Of a stretch of DNA of 64,000 nucleotides, positions 35,021 to 48,119 are shown piece by piece. The position numbers and the translations under genes are program-made. Positions within the stretch are counted from its first letter, which is position 1. Each line of letters starts with the position of its first letter. The notes under the pieces were generated by a model. The model saw only the letters and a program-made list of their open reading frames with translations, was not told where the DNA came from and did not search any database. The stretch lies in the NCBI GenBank assembly GCA_030264375.1, contig JASCQW010000105.1, forward strand, positions 46,895,712 through 46,959,711. Direction: 5' to 3'. The DNA comes from Carcharhinus longimanus (Eukaryota).

Positions 35021-36572
35021 CATCTGTGCAGTGATGCCGCAGCCACACTGTAGGAGGTCAATTGCTAAACTGGCACTGACATTGTGACAAAAGCCAAGCA
35101 CTACCCCATGATCTGCATGCCCTACAAGGAACAGCTTAGTCTTTCAAGTTAAGGTTCTCTCTCAGGTGACCTGCCTCTCATTGGCATTCACCCCCGTGGA
35201 TGAAATATGGAGGAACCACTTGCATGCCTGTATTTTTGGTTTTTATAGCATTGTTAACTTGTCAACTTGTGGCAGGAGTCACAGTAGCATTGAAAAGTCA
35301 ATTATCTTATGATTAAACAAAAGCTGATTTGTTTTATTCATAGCATGATGTAAATTTTTCCACCATATTTATCACTTCTGAGTTTAGACTTCTAACAATT
35401 TGGTTCTATCATGGCTCCCTTCCATAGTCCAAAATCAGACAGAACCAAAAGATTCATGATTAATAGCCTATTTACAACCATTGAGCTATAAACAACATTG
35501 GCCCAGATTTCTTAGAGACTTGCATATTAGAAACACAATACTATGGGTTTATTTTCCACTATAAAAATGCCAAGAAATTATTGCTGAAGTGAGTTATGCT
35601 AATATTCATGCTACACCACAATTTCCTGGAACCTTTATGCTGCCTAGTTATGCCTATGTCAAAATTATACAACACTGATTATCACAGTTCTGCCTCCTCA
35701 TCCCAACCTTTATTCAAGTTAGTGACAAGTGCAGATTCCCTGGATGTATGCCAATTTTCGCAGTACAAAAGGTTTGACAGAAAAATAATGATGCAGGTGA
35801 ATTTAGTTACCTTAATGAGTTAAAAATAATTGATTATCATGAAATAACACCTTTACTGATACTGCCATTCTTAGCTAAATCCCATCTACTAACTTATTCA
35901 TTGAAAACAGAAGCAAATTATAGCGGATACTGAAAATCCAAAATGAAATCACAACAAGCAGACTGTATGTCCAAGGAAATTCTGAGCCAGCATCCCTTGT
36001 TTAAAGTGTAAATGTTTCTAGGGAATTAGAATTCCATTTCCTAAGAGCTTCTTGGCCATGATATCTGACCTGATTTAAAAGTAACCACAAACCTGAATCA
36101 TAATGCGTACTGTGAAAGCATTTTCCCAAAAACTTTACAACCTATGAATATTTTATTTATGCTTAAAGAAGATTTAAACTCTCTCAACTGTACCTCACTG
36201 TCTTATTTCATTTCTTGATGACGTCCACATTTTGCTTAGAAAAAATGATAAGATTATTTTTGACATTTATGCACCATAAACTCTTTTGTTTCCTTCTGTT
36301 AGCATGAAAAACTGTGCTGGTCAGAATCAGGATTTATTTATGATCTATTGTGCCTAAAGGATTAGTTGTTAAGTGTAAGAATTGGAAAGTACTTAGGGCA
36401 TGCGTTCCATTGTTCATGTTAGGAAAACAGATCTTATGCCTGAGTTTTTTTTAAATTGAAGGTTCTGGACAATCAAGAATCTCAACATAAATGTTATTTG
36501 TGTTTTAATTGCATGGCACGTTAATGATTTTACTGAGTTAATCAAATATATTATTTCCTAAAATACATGTAG

Positions 36573-37560
36573 GGGGCAGTCTTATGAAAAGCAGTTCTAA
36601 GTCCAGAGCGAGCATGAAATAAGGGAGTTTTTGATCCGTTTTATCGGCAAGTCCAAATCGGCTACTTTATACACTTAGAGCAGAAACAAAAACTTCAAAA
36701 TTGATTTCTCACCAGTAGGGGGCGCAGGATGAGGGCTTAAAGCGAGCTGATAACAGCAGAGGACACAATTACGCATGTGCAGGTCACTGCTTTGAGCAAC
36801 AGAGAGACCTGTCAAACAGCCTCTGCTGCTTTCAGCTTGCCTCCATGGCCTAAATCAGGCCGACAACACCTCCCCCCCCCCCCACCAATTACCGCGGGGC
36901 CTATGGCTGATCACAAGCTCCTCCACCCAGAAAGATTGGCCTCCCTCCGCCCAGATCGATCCCCACCCCCTTTCTCCACTGATTAGAAATGCAGAATGTC
37001 AGCAGTTTCCCTCCTCCCTCCTCTTACCAATTACAAATGCAGAGTGACAGCATCTCCCCTCAATCCCTCCACAAATTGCAACTGGAGAGTGTGTAGCAGT
37101 CACCACCACGACCCACCCTCCACTGCCGATCGGTTCACCCCAAAGAGCAGTGTCAGGGTGTCTGGTGAGCAGTGCCAGGCTGGCAGTGCCAAAGTGGCAC
37201 TGCCCAAGAGGCACTTTCCCTTGTTTTTGACCTCCAGTGGGGGCCTCAGTAGCCTCCAGTTTTACTGGCAAGACCACCATATCTGTTCTTCTTTGGTGGG
37301 GACCAACTTTGATTCTTGTTGAAGAGAACCTCTTCTGGCAAGGCCACAGAGGCAAGTGAGCCAGGTGATTGACTCCTGGGCTCGCTAATTACGTTTAAAT
37401 TTAATTTAAACAATGTATTCAACCTCGCGCCGGATATCTGGCGCTGGTGTGATTGCAAGAGACAAAAAAATCAGGTGTGAACCTGACATTGCGGCTCTCT
37501 TGCAATCTTAACAGCTCGCCCACCCATTGACCAGGCGGAACGCGATGGTCAGATTGCCCC
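36573..37560. mobile_element. Harbinger-type MITE
   Basis: TIRs GGGGCAGTCT and AGATTGCCCC; internal C-rich sub-repeats. Confidence 0.75.
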
Positions 37561-38489
37561 TGAGATGTGCACCTTCACCGGACAAAATCCATTGTTAAAT
37601 ACCAATCCTAGAATGCAAAAATATATCAGCTATTGCCAGAAGTGTTCTTTTCTCTCTCCTTTGTTCTTGATTCATGAATAGAGCTTTTAAAAGAAGCCTT
37701 TGTCCTTCATTCTAAATCTCTGTCCCCTTGACTAATTGATGCTATTAATTAAAGGAGTTAAATTGTTGGCCATTAAGGAGTTGGATATACCAAGGGATGC
37801 CATGTTCCCTCTCTCTCTGCAGTCAGCAGGCCACTTAAAAGCCTTGCTTGGTCATGTGCCAATTATTAATTCAGGGCAAATGTATCAGCAGTCCTCACCA
37901 GCTGTGGCTGTTTGCCTCCTTCTTTCTCTGTTGAGCACACTTCTGTAGGGCATGAGCAAATAGGACAGACTGAGCTCACTGGAAAGGACCGCTGAGGCTG
38001 AATTGGGCTTTGTTCCTTAACTGAGAAAATTGCTCAGTTGATAGGATGAGTGACCTTTGCAGCTGATCAGAGTATATTTGTGGAGAGGCTGGGATTTGAC
38101 ATCAATCTGGTGCTTTTAGAGTCAAAGATATCTGGAAACAATTGACAAAATTAGGTCAGCTATTTGGGCCTGGAGATCTTTTTTTTATTTAAATGTCTGA
38201 ACTAATTTCATAAAATTAAAAAGAAAATCAGCAAACTCTTTCACTGAGGTTAAATATAATGTAATTAGTAATATTAATAGCATTGCCTGAGTTAGCAATA
38301 AACAGGCAATGAAATCCTTCTTTTCCTTATTTTAGTAGAGGTTATTCTATTACAAACATTGTTATTTTTGTTAACATGATGATCTTGATTTGAACTCTAA
38401 GAATACAGGATGTAATTTATCACAATTTCAAGCTACATTTTTCCTTCTGTCATCCAATTAAGTAACTTGTGAAATTACTACTTGATGAA

Positions 38490-39320
38490 CAGTAGTGCAC
38501 AATATAACTGGATTGTTACATTGCATGGTTTAACAAGTTGAATTTTGAAGTGTGAGATGATTTATTTTGGTAGGAAGGACATGGAGACAATATAAAATAT
38601 CCAATATATAAACTCAAAAGCTGTGCAGGAGCAGGGGAACCTGGGTATATATGTGTGTAAGGTGGTAGCATTGGTGGATTGATCAGTTAATGGAGCATCC
38701 AGTATTGTGGGCTTTATTAATAGTGGCATAGACTACAAGAACACGGAGAGATTATGAGAAACTTGTATAAGACAAATTAGGCCTCAGTTGAAGTGTTGTG
38801 CATGGTTCTGGACACCACACTTCTTAGGCTGGATGCACACACATTGGAGAGAGTGCAGAAGAGGTTTACAAGAATAGTTCATAGGGATGAGAATCTTCAG
38901 TTATGAATGTACTTGGAGAAGCTGGGAGTGTCCTCCTTGGAGGAGAAGGCAAAAAGGAGATTTGATAGAAATGTTCAAATCATGAGGGCGATGGACAGAG
39001 TAGATTAGGAGAAATTGTCATTGCTTGTAAAAGAATTGAAAATGAAGTGGTACAGGTGTAAGTGCTTTTGCTTTTGCATGCAAAAGCAGCAAATGTGATA
39101 TGAAAAACTTTTTCACGTAGCAAGTTGTTCAGGTCTGGAGTGCAGTATCTGGAACTGTGATGGAAGCAAGTTCAGTCGAGGCATTCTGGAGGTTGTTAGA
39201 TGATTATTTGAATGGAAACAATATACAGTATTACGAGTTAAAGGCAGGAGAATGGCACTAATGCTCATTTGGAGACTCAGTGCACACACAATGGGCTGAA
39301 TGGAACTATAACAATTGTGA
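38490..39320 (+). mobile_element. Decayed CR1 ORF2 C-terminus + 3' UTR
   Basis: GFINSGIDYKNTE, LERVQKRFTRIV and GDLIEMFKIM. Confidence 0.88.
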
Positions 39321-39398
39321 TTCTTAAATAAGCACCTTTATAACAGAAAATTACATTGCCAGGTACTGTGGAGAAGCATAATCTGGCAAAAAATTAAC

Positions 39399-39724
39399 AG
39401 AATCATAGAATCCCTACAGTGCAGAGTGAGGCCGTTCAGTCCATCAAGCCTACACCAACAACAACCTCACCTAGGCCCTATCCCCATAACTACCACATAT
39501 TTTCCCTGCTAATCTCCTGATACTAGGGGTCAATTTAGCATAGCCAATTCACCTAACCTAAACATCTTCAGACAGTGGGAGGAAACCAGAGCATTCGGAG
39601 TAAACCCATGCAAATATGGAGAGATCGTGCAAACTCCTTCAGACAATCAGCCCAGGCTGGAATTGAACTTGGGTCCCTGGTGCTATGCAGTAGCAGTGCT
39701 AACCACTCTGCGACCGTGCCATCC
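39399..39724 (-). mobile_element. HE1 V-SINE, full length
   Basis: AGAATCATAGAATCCCTACAGTGCAG tail through GCTAACCACTCTGCGACCGTGCC head. Confidence 0.92.
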
Positions 39725-40586
39725 TTAATATTAAGCCAAAGTGAAGATATTAGAACGGGATAAATAGGTTGGTTTTAAAGAGGGCCTTGAGGGAGGAGAG
39801 AGAGAGGGGGAGAGGCAGAGATTTAAGGAAGAAATTCCAGAAGTAGTGTCTAAGCAACTCACAAAAAGAAGTTTGTATTTTTCAACTGTGATGTTCATGC
39901 CTACTACAGATTTAACTTCAAATTAATGATGCAATAGTAATATATTCAAATGTTGAGTCAATTGTAAAGAAGAAAATCCAGTTCAAGGCATTCAGAAGTC
40001 TTCATGGCTTCGTAGATAACCACTATGTTCTTGGATATGTCATTCACTGACCTACCTCACCCAACAAAATCTCATACCCTTAAAGACTGAAGCGTGCCTT
40101 TATCTGTCTGATATACCAAAAAACAAGGAATAGCAAGACCCTGATATAAAACAGACTATATTATCCACTATAAATTGTTTAATTTGAATATAGTTACTGC
40201 AGCTACATGACTTCCCTTGTTGCAATTGTCTGATGAAATATTAAAGATTGACCAGTTTTGATGCGGTTGTGTCTGTGGTGAGCTGACCAATGCCTTTGTG
40301 GTAATCAATGGCATAAAATAATTTGTAACTCTTAAACTCTTCAATTTCTTTTTAGTTGTAATACTAAAGGAAGCCACCAGACATGCTCCTGTAAGCATCA
40401 ACATTAACTTCCATTCAGCAAAGCTTTTCAATCTCTCCAGACTGTGTGATCCCATTAAAGTCACAGAAGTTGCAATCAGAGAGCTTCTGTACACAGATGA
40501 TTGTGTCCTAACTGCCCACATCAAGGAAAACCTCCTGACAATGGCAAACAAATTATCGAGGGCTTGCTGAAAACTTTGGCCTCCAA

Positions 40587-41901
40587 ATGGGATTTTACGA
40601 GATTTTTTTCTAAGTGTCCAGCTAGTCTGAAAATGGAAGAGTTCCAGGATTTTTTTGGGCAAGTTTTTAAGCCCAATCTCATGCATTCTGTCTCTAAAAA
40701 GATGGGCTCGTTGATTTCTAGCCAGAGAGACTGTGGGTAGAGCTTAACTCACCAGACAGCCTGCAGAGGGAAGTATCGTGCAAGTGCAGATATCTGATAC
40801 GGCACATTCGCATTAAGAGCAGCAGGGGTCTGACAAACAGGGAGAGAGCTGTCAGGCCCCTGCGACTGCAGGCAGCCTCAACCAGCTACCCTCCCTCTGC
40901 AATTGTGCAGCACGCAGCCCCTGCTGCACCCCCACTGCCCAGACCAATCGCAGACCTGCCAGCCAGACTGATTGTGGCAACCCTGCCCCCCGCCTCCGCT
41001 GCACCACCCCTCCTCCTGTCACCCAGGTTGATCATGGCCCTGCTACCCTCTCCCACCAATTACATGCGGAGTGGCAGTGGGTCCTCCTGTTCGTCCCCTA
41101 CCGATCACATGCAGAATGGTAGTGGGCCCCCTCCCTCCCATACTAATTGCATGCAGAGTGGCAGCAGGGCCCCTCTCCCTCCCAAACCGATTCCATGCAA
41201 TGAGGCAGTGGGTCGCCATCCCTCCCCCACCGATCACATAGAGTGGCAGCGGGCCCCTCTCCCCCCATTGGCTTGCCACACACGGGCCCCACTCTTGGGC
41301 TGTCCCCATTGGCCTCACCCTTGGTACTGACACCCCCACAGGCTCTGTTCCTGGCACTACCAATAGGAATTGCCCAGGTGCCCAATGGGCATTGCATTGG
41401 TTCCAGGCTGGCATTGCCCAGGTGCCAGAGTGGCACTGCCAGTCTGGCACTGTCCACCTGGTACCACCACCTTGCATTCAGCCTCCCCAGTGGCCTCCTG
41501 TTCCCCCAGCAAGGCCAATATGACTGCTGCCCATTCATGAGGAGCAGGTATTTTCCTCGCTAGAGAGAACCTTGGCTCGCTAAAACCAGTGAAATAAACA
41601 AACACATAAATTTAAATGTATCAATCATCCTCTCGCCCATTTCTGCGCCGGTATTCCGGGTGTCATAAAATCATGACAGGTGCAAAAAAAAGAAACCATT
41701 CACGTTTACTGCCTTACATCCAATTTTATGACATTTTCCCACCGCGAAACAGACATAAAGCAGCCACAAAATTCCACCCTATTGGTGGGATTTTACGGCC
41801 TTGCTCGACCCAAAACCATAAAATTCCACCTGAGGTCAACGGATTTTTCCGTGGTTGTTCACTCCGATTCTTGTGGTGGACAGGATGGTAAAATTCTGGC
41901 C
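40587..41901. mobile_element. Harbinger-type MITE (possibly two nested)
   Basis: Ends GGGATTTTAC and GTAAAATTCTGGCC; body homologous to 36573-37560. Confidence 0.7.
41052..41266. repeat. Minisatellite, 5 units of 42-45 bp, inside the MITE
   Basis: Units ~ACCGATCACATGCAGAGTGGCAGCGGGCCCCTCYCCC start at 41055, 41100, 41142, 41186 and 41229. Confidence 0.85.
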
Positions 41902-42239
41902 TATGTTTCAGCTGGCTCCAGACACACTCTATGAAGTATCAGACATAACCAGTGATGGTGTCAGTCTCAAGGCTGAAGAACAATTCTCATACTTTGATAG
42001 TGCAGCATACTCACAGCAGCAACAGGGAATGTTCCAGATAACCACATAACTTCAAGCACACACATGAGATTAATGGCCAGATGGAGCAAAGTGAAGATTC
42101 AGGCCCTGATTTTAACGGCACAGCCATTTGAAATCGTATCGGGCAAGGCTTGCAGAACAACATTCCCTGCTGGCCTCAGGCACGATCTTACGAGCCTCAG
42201 GTGGTCATGCCAGTAAAATCAGAGCCGCAGAGTGGGAAA

Positions 42240-43390
42240 GCCTTTCGCTGGAAAGTCAACAGATCTTCCAAACTTTGAATGTAACACAATGGGTAAATTA
42301 AGTCAAACAGTTAGAGGCTTTTGCTACTATCAATACCATTTGCCAGTGGCACACACAAACTCCAAGCTAAAGTTAACATGGGAGTGAGCACAATAATCTA
42401 ACCAGTTAGAATCTTGAACAATATGTATTTGGATAATTTACACAACCTATGGCAACTCAACTAACTCCATACAATGGGTCACCCATTCATTACATAGGTA
42501 CTTTGACATTGAAATGGCGCTGTGACAAGTCTGCATGGAAACTATAAACATTTTACCTGGAGGACACAAGTGGACCAGTGGTAGCAGAGTTAGTGGTCTG
42601 CAGCAGAACTTAACATTATGACCGTACACAAGATGACCAGTATACAAAGCAGCAGAAGAGGCCAAGAATAATCACATTGTGTGAGTCCATGACATACGGT
42701 AGATGCAACCAGATTCAAAGCTATAGGAAAGGCAGGGGATGATGCTGTTCCACACCTCAGAGAAGATATAATTCTGTTGATCAACTCTCCAAGAAAGTGT
42801 TGTGTGCACTCAAGAGCGAGTTGGACACCTAGAGCATAAGGGCAATGTTCGTCATGTGCATCAGCACACAGACTGGTGCAGTTCTATCACATGCATATTG
42901 GAAAAGGATGGCACATTCGGGTGTTCTTTGATCCAACACATCCAACTCTTGCTCTAAGGAGATGCCCACACAAGATTCCAGCATTAGAAAATTGAATCCC
43001 AAATTCACAGGAACAAAGTTTTTCTTCAAGTTGGATGCCAAACTTCTTGAAAAACCAGGGAGGATGAAGATGCCACATGACCAACATGCAGGTGTGGATC
43101 TGCCGAGACTATGCGTTGACCAAATTTTGCAGTTATACATGCTAACCAGGGAATAGAGTCACCAGCAGAATTATCCAAGGTATGCAGTGAATCTAGATCA
43201 CGATGCCAAAAGAAGCAACATTGAAGAGAAGTAGAAGCCAGCATAAAGAATTGTACAACTATGTAACCCGGAACACTCTAACTGGACCTAAAATACATCT
43301 AAACATTACTTTGAAAAGTGAAATTGTAAAAGACATTCATGAAAACAGTCAACGCACTGAAACAGAAGATGCCAAGGCACCTATAAGTTA
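42240..43390 (+). pseudogene. Gypsy pol relic (protease + RT N-half, internally deleted)
   Basis: HKLQAKVNMG, HTDWCSSITCILEKDG, ALRRCPHKIP and LNPKFTGTKFFFKLDAK. Confidence 0.8.
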
Positions 43391-43424
43391 AGAACATCTA
43401 AGTGACAAGTCTAGATCTCAAGAA

Positions 43425-44212
43425 ATTTGATTTGATTTGATTTATTATTGTCACATATATTAACAGACACTGAAAAATATTGTTTCTTGTGCGCGATACA
43501 GACAAAGCATACCGATCATAGAGAAGGAAACAAGAGAGTGCAGGATGTAGTTCAGAGAATCCTACAGTGCAGAAAGAGGCCATTTGGCCATCAAGTCTGT
43601 ACCAACCACAATCCCACCCATTCCTTACCCATTAACCTAGGCATTTCAGAACAATAATTTTAGCATAGCCAATCAACCTAACCCGCATATCTTTGGACTG
43701 TGGGAGGAAACGGGAGTACCCAGAGGAAGCCCACACAGACATGAGGAGAATGTGCAAACTCCACACAGACAGTGACCTAAACCAGGAATTGAACCCAGGT
43801 CCCTGGAGCTGTGAAGCAGCAGTGCTAACCATTGTGCTGCTGTGCCATCCACGTAGTGTTAGAGTCATAGATAGGATGTAGAGAAAGATCAACTTAATGC
43901 AAAATAAGTCCATTCAAGTCTGACAGCAGCAGGGAAGCAGCTGTTCTTGAGTCAGTTGGTATGTGACCTCAGATTTTTGTATCTTTTTCCTGATGGAAGA
44001 AGCTGGAAGAGAGGATGTCTGGGGTGCATGGGGTCCTTAATTATGCTGGTGCTTTGTCGTGGCAGTGGGAAGAGTAGATAGAGTCAATGGATAAGAGGCT
44101 GGTTTGTGTGATGGATTGGGCTACATTCATGACCTTTTGTAGTTCCTTGCAATCTTGGACAGAGCAGGAACCATGCCAAGCTGTGACACAACCAGAAAGA
44201 ATGCTTTCTGTG
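43425..44212 (-). mobile_element. Rex1/Babar LINE 3' portion, split by an HE1 SINE
   Basis: TESILSGCVTAWHGSCSVQDCKELQKVMNVAQSITQT; (TCAAA)n tail. Confidence 0.9.
43552..43850 (-). mobile_element. HE1 V-SINE with a 7-bp TSD
   Basis: Flanked by ATGTAGT (43545-43551) and ACGTAGT (43851-43857). Confidence 0.92.
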
Positions 44213-45005
44213 GGTCATGCTATCATGGAATCCAGGAAGATTATCAAGCCACCAATATTTTTCAGTTTTGAAATGTAATCATTATTACATGTGCAACCTG
44301 AATTGCCGTAGTCATGAGACTTCTGCCAAGAGGGACTCCCTGCCGACGTTTCAATAAAGCCACTGCACTAGGAAGACTGTAGTGTTTGAGCTCGTAACAT
44401 GGTGGTTGGGATGGAGCTGAGATTAGGTTTCAAAAGCTGGAAGAGAAGCCATAGCTACTGAAAGAGGAACCTTTACTAAACCTACTAAAAGCAGCTGAAA
44501 AAAAAGAGAAGGAAAAGCTGACACAAGCCGAAGACTACAAGTAAAATATTGACTGTGACAAAATGGCTTCAAATCTTCCACTCTCAGCTCCTGTTGCAAT
44601 GAAAGAAGATCTGCAGTAAAATTGGCAATTCTTCCATGCAATGGCATTACAATGATATTATAACAGTTTTAGTTAACAAGCCAGAGCTAAGGCGAGTAGC
44701 AGCTCTGCTGGGGAGAGATTACTGCAAATTGCATTCCACTCTATATCTATCTGAAAAACAGAGAAGCAGGTTTCAGAAATTTTGAGTCTTGAAGGCATGC
44801 TTTGAAGCCCAAGTGCAAATAAATTATGAACAGTACATGTTCAACATTGGGACTCAAGGTGAAAAGAATTCATTGATCAGTATGTGACAGCAGTAACACA
44901 ACTTGCAGAGCACGGAATTCAGACAACAAAAAGGTGACCTCATTAAAGATGATTGTCTCAGATATAAGAGATCCAACAATGAGCACAAGTTTACTGAGAG
45001 GAGAA
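44213..45005 (+). mobile_element. Gypsy 5' LTR remnant + PBS + gag relic
   Basis: AATAAA at 44353; LTR end ...GTAACA (44399) directly followed by TGGTGG (PBS-like); gag traces NWQFF, INYEQYMFN, IDQYVTAVTQLAE and DLIKD. Confidence 0.75.
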
Positions 45006-46303
45006 AATAAGGGGACAATATTGGGCCCACGCTCGCCACTGGGAAATGGCAGCAGGGGCTCAGGGTTCATACCCAGGGATCGTAACTTCCGATTTTCGCC
45101 ATTCCTTGCTGGTAATATAATCAGGTTCATGCCCATAACGATTGTGAACTTGATTTACATTCATTTTCATATTTTCACATTTCTTTAACTCTCCCTCGCC
45201 ATATATTGATCCCCCACCATATATGCAAACTGTGCCAATTTGATGTCACATCAGTGGTTTCCAACAGGTCACCCAGACATGAACCTGTTGTGGGGATCCC
45301 TCAGAAGAAGTAAAGCTGAATATAGACCCTGGGGGAGCTGGATATGGCCAGGCATAGCCATTTATCTAGATTTCTAGACCAATCTATTTATATGGCTCTG
45401 AGGTTGATTTCTCACTCAGACTGGAAACAATGGCAACCACGGAACAAAAATATTGGGCTGGCAGGTGTGTTGGTTTCCAATAATGTTCCCAGCACCATTG
45501 CATTTCACTAGGGGGAAGAGGGCAGCCCTGAGATCCTGCCTGATCCATTAAGAAGGCCAATCAACATTGTTAAAAAGCTAATTGAAAGCTCAATAAGGGA
45601 CATGGACTGATCTTGATGTTGTCGAATCCTCATCAGCAAATTGCTCTCCCTTGTACCTAGCTGCGGATCTCCTGCGGCATTTTAAGTTTCTCTGAATCTA
45701 TAGTATGATAATGGTTGGTACAGTAGTAAAATAACAGCCTCAGTAATAGTTGCCATAGTCTATTTAAATCAGCAGTCCCATCTGCATTCCAACTCCCTTT
45801 TTCGCCAGTTGGTCCTCAAACTCATCTCCATGAAGAGCATTTGGCCTATCGAACATGAGAAAGTCAAGACCGATTCCACTTCTCCACTACACAGACACCA
45901 GAATAACCCCTGGGTGTGAGATCAAGAACAAGAAATGATTCCAACATCAATTTCCACCCCTAAAGGAAATCCTTTGCCCACGGAATAGCTTCATGATCTC
46001 GTCAGCCAATTTGTCTAAGTTGAGCTGTTGTTTATGGCCTGACCATTATTGTGTGAACTTTGTCTTTTTAACATTTCAACTGTTGCGAATAGTGAAATAT
46101 TTTCTAAATTAGACATATAATAAGGAGGAATGTATATTTTTGTTACAGTAGCACTCATAACTCTCTCAAGCTTTGTTTCCATAATTTAGTGGTTTTATCT
46201 CTGTTGTTCAATGCTCTATCAATTTGAAGGGCATGCTGAAATGTTTAATTTTATACACAGCATACATCAGCAATTATTTTGAAAAGGTAAGTAATGTTAT
46301 TAA

Positions 46304-46403
46304 NNNNNNNNNNNNNNNNNNNNNNNNNNNNNNNNNNNNNNNNNNNNNNNNNNNNNNNNNNNNNNNNNNNNNNNNNNNNNNNNNNNNNNNNNNNNNNNNN
46401 NNN
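46304..46403. other. Assembly gap flanked by an 11-bp direct repeat
   Basis: AATGTTATTAA on both sides. Confidence 0.95.
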
Positions 46404-46771
46404 AATGTTATTAATTCAGGTGTATGAATATTAAGAAAATAAAAGTTGGCAACTAAAATATCTATTTTCTAAAGTTAATTTATGCTTGAAAATCATTTTT
46501 TGTTTGCTGATTTGTTTTAATAAGATGATTTAAGAGATCCCCGAGGCATCATCCTGTTACCTTCTCTGCATTGATTCTCTGGAATAACACAGGGGAAAAC
46601 ATAACTTATTTCTCAACCTAATAATTCATTTTTGCTAGGGTTACTTTAACATATGAAAATGTTAACTAATTATAACAAACTTTACAAAAGTGCATGATGA
46701 GTCAACATCAGCTTTAGTTTAACAGCTATAGTTGTGCCCTGTAGTTGTGCAGGACTGGATCTTTTACAGTG

Positions 46772-47070
46772 AATTATAGGATTGCAACAGTGCAGAAGGA
46801 GGCCATTTGGCCTATCGAACCTGCAAGGGCAACAATCCCAACCAGGCTCTATCCCCGTAACATCACATATTTATCCTACTAATCTTCCCGACACTAATGG
46901 TCAATTTAGCTTGACCAACCAAACTACCCCACACATCTTTGGAGTATGGGAGGAAACCAGAGTCTCAGAGGAAACGCCTGCAGACATGGGCAGAACATGC
47001 AAACTACACACAGTCACCTGAAGTCGGAATTGAAATTGGTCCCTGGCGCCATGACCACTATGCTGCCCAG
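46772..47070 (-). mobile_element. HE1 V-SINE
   Basis: CAGTGCAGAAGGAGGCCATTTGGCC...GGGAGGAAACCAGAG...GGAATTGAAATTGGTCCCTGGCGC. Confidence 0.88.
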
Positions 47071-47814
47071 TATTGTACTGACATACAATATAATGAATTA
47101 TTTGTTTCCATTATATTGTAAAGGGAAAGTCAGATAGTGCATCACAAGCTAGAGAGAAAATTGGGCAATCTTGGTTTCAGTGTGGTGGAATGCTGATGAT
47201 TCAGTTTCAAGCTAACATTAGTCCAGATCTGGTGAAGATTGTCTATCCTCCTCCTTTGCCAATGTTGGTATGAGACAAATCATACAAAGCTGTGTGAACT
47301 TAATTGTTTACAGTTTACTAAACAATCAAGAGCATTATTTTCTTATCTCCTGTGTTTTCAATGAATGTGATCAATAACACTGCGCGAGATTGCCCTCAAA
47401 GTCTGCAGTCTCTTCAACTAGAAGTCAGCAACCTTCCTCCAGCCTCACTGTAATCAATTGGAATCATACTAGACAAGCCAAGGCACATGGAAGATGGACA
47501 CCAATTGAATGCACAAGTGTAATTTTTACATTTGTTTGTGATTTAGTATGATTTCAATTATAAATTTGGTAAGAATTCGAATTGGTTAAGAATAAGAATT
47601 GGGCTTGTGTTCACTGTTTTCTACTTTCTCTTCTGATTTTGGTGATAAAGGGGAAAGTGAATTGAAACCTTCCACTGGACATGTTCAAAGCAGATTAGAA
47701 TATCCAATACCTACACTAGCATTGTCAGATATTGCCTGCGCATCATTTTAACAACATGCAAAATCTGGGAGAGTGCATTGAGGCTGATAAGATAGTCAGT
47801 GAAAGAAGGAAGGT

Positions 47815-48108
47815 AAGAATCATAAAATCATAGTATCTACAATGCAGAAGGAGGCCATTGGCCCAACGGGTCTGCACCAACAACAATCCCACCCAGATCC
47901 CATCTCTGTAACCCACACGTTTACCCTTCGAGTCCCCCTGACACTAAGGGGCAATGTAGCATGCACAATCAATCTAACCTGCGCATCTTTGAAGTGTGGG
48001 AAGAAACTGGAGCACCCAAGGAAACCCACACAGACAACATGCAAACTCCGCACAGACAGTGACCAGGGTCCTTGGCGCTGTGGGGTAGCAGTGCTAACCG
48101 CTGTGCCT
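47815..48108 (-). mobile_element. HE1 V-SINE (B-box region deleted)
   Basis: AGAATCATAAAATCATAG tail; CAGACAGTGACCAGGGTCCTTGGCGCTGTG lacks the GGAATTGAACC segment. Confidence 0.88.
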
Positions 48109-48119
48109 GGAGTGTGGAC

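Larger units (their letters stand above)
40375..42020 (+). pseudogene. RTE-clade RT fragment split by a MITE
   Basis: KLFNLSRL..KVTEVAIRELLYTDDCVLTAH (YADD-type motif)...RAC*NFGL before 40587; MFQLAP...ITSDGVSLKAEEQFSYFDS after 41901. Confidence 0.8.

Noticed and set aside
40168-40686. 172-aa minus-strand ORF
   Set aside because: Spans the antisense of an RTE RT relic and a MITE end; no independent coding signal.
41052-41266. CRISPR-like repeat-spacer appearance
   Set aside because: The units are degenerate tandem copies separated by C-runs rather than unique spacers; eukaryotic context and no cas genes.
47730-47818. Apparent exon ending GAAG/GTAAGA (HFNNMQNLGECIEADKIVSERRK)
   Set aside because: The donor overlaps the tail of an antisense HE1 SINE and there is no good acceptor.
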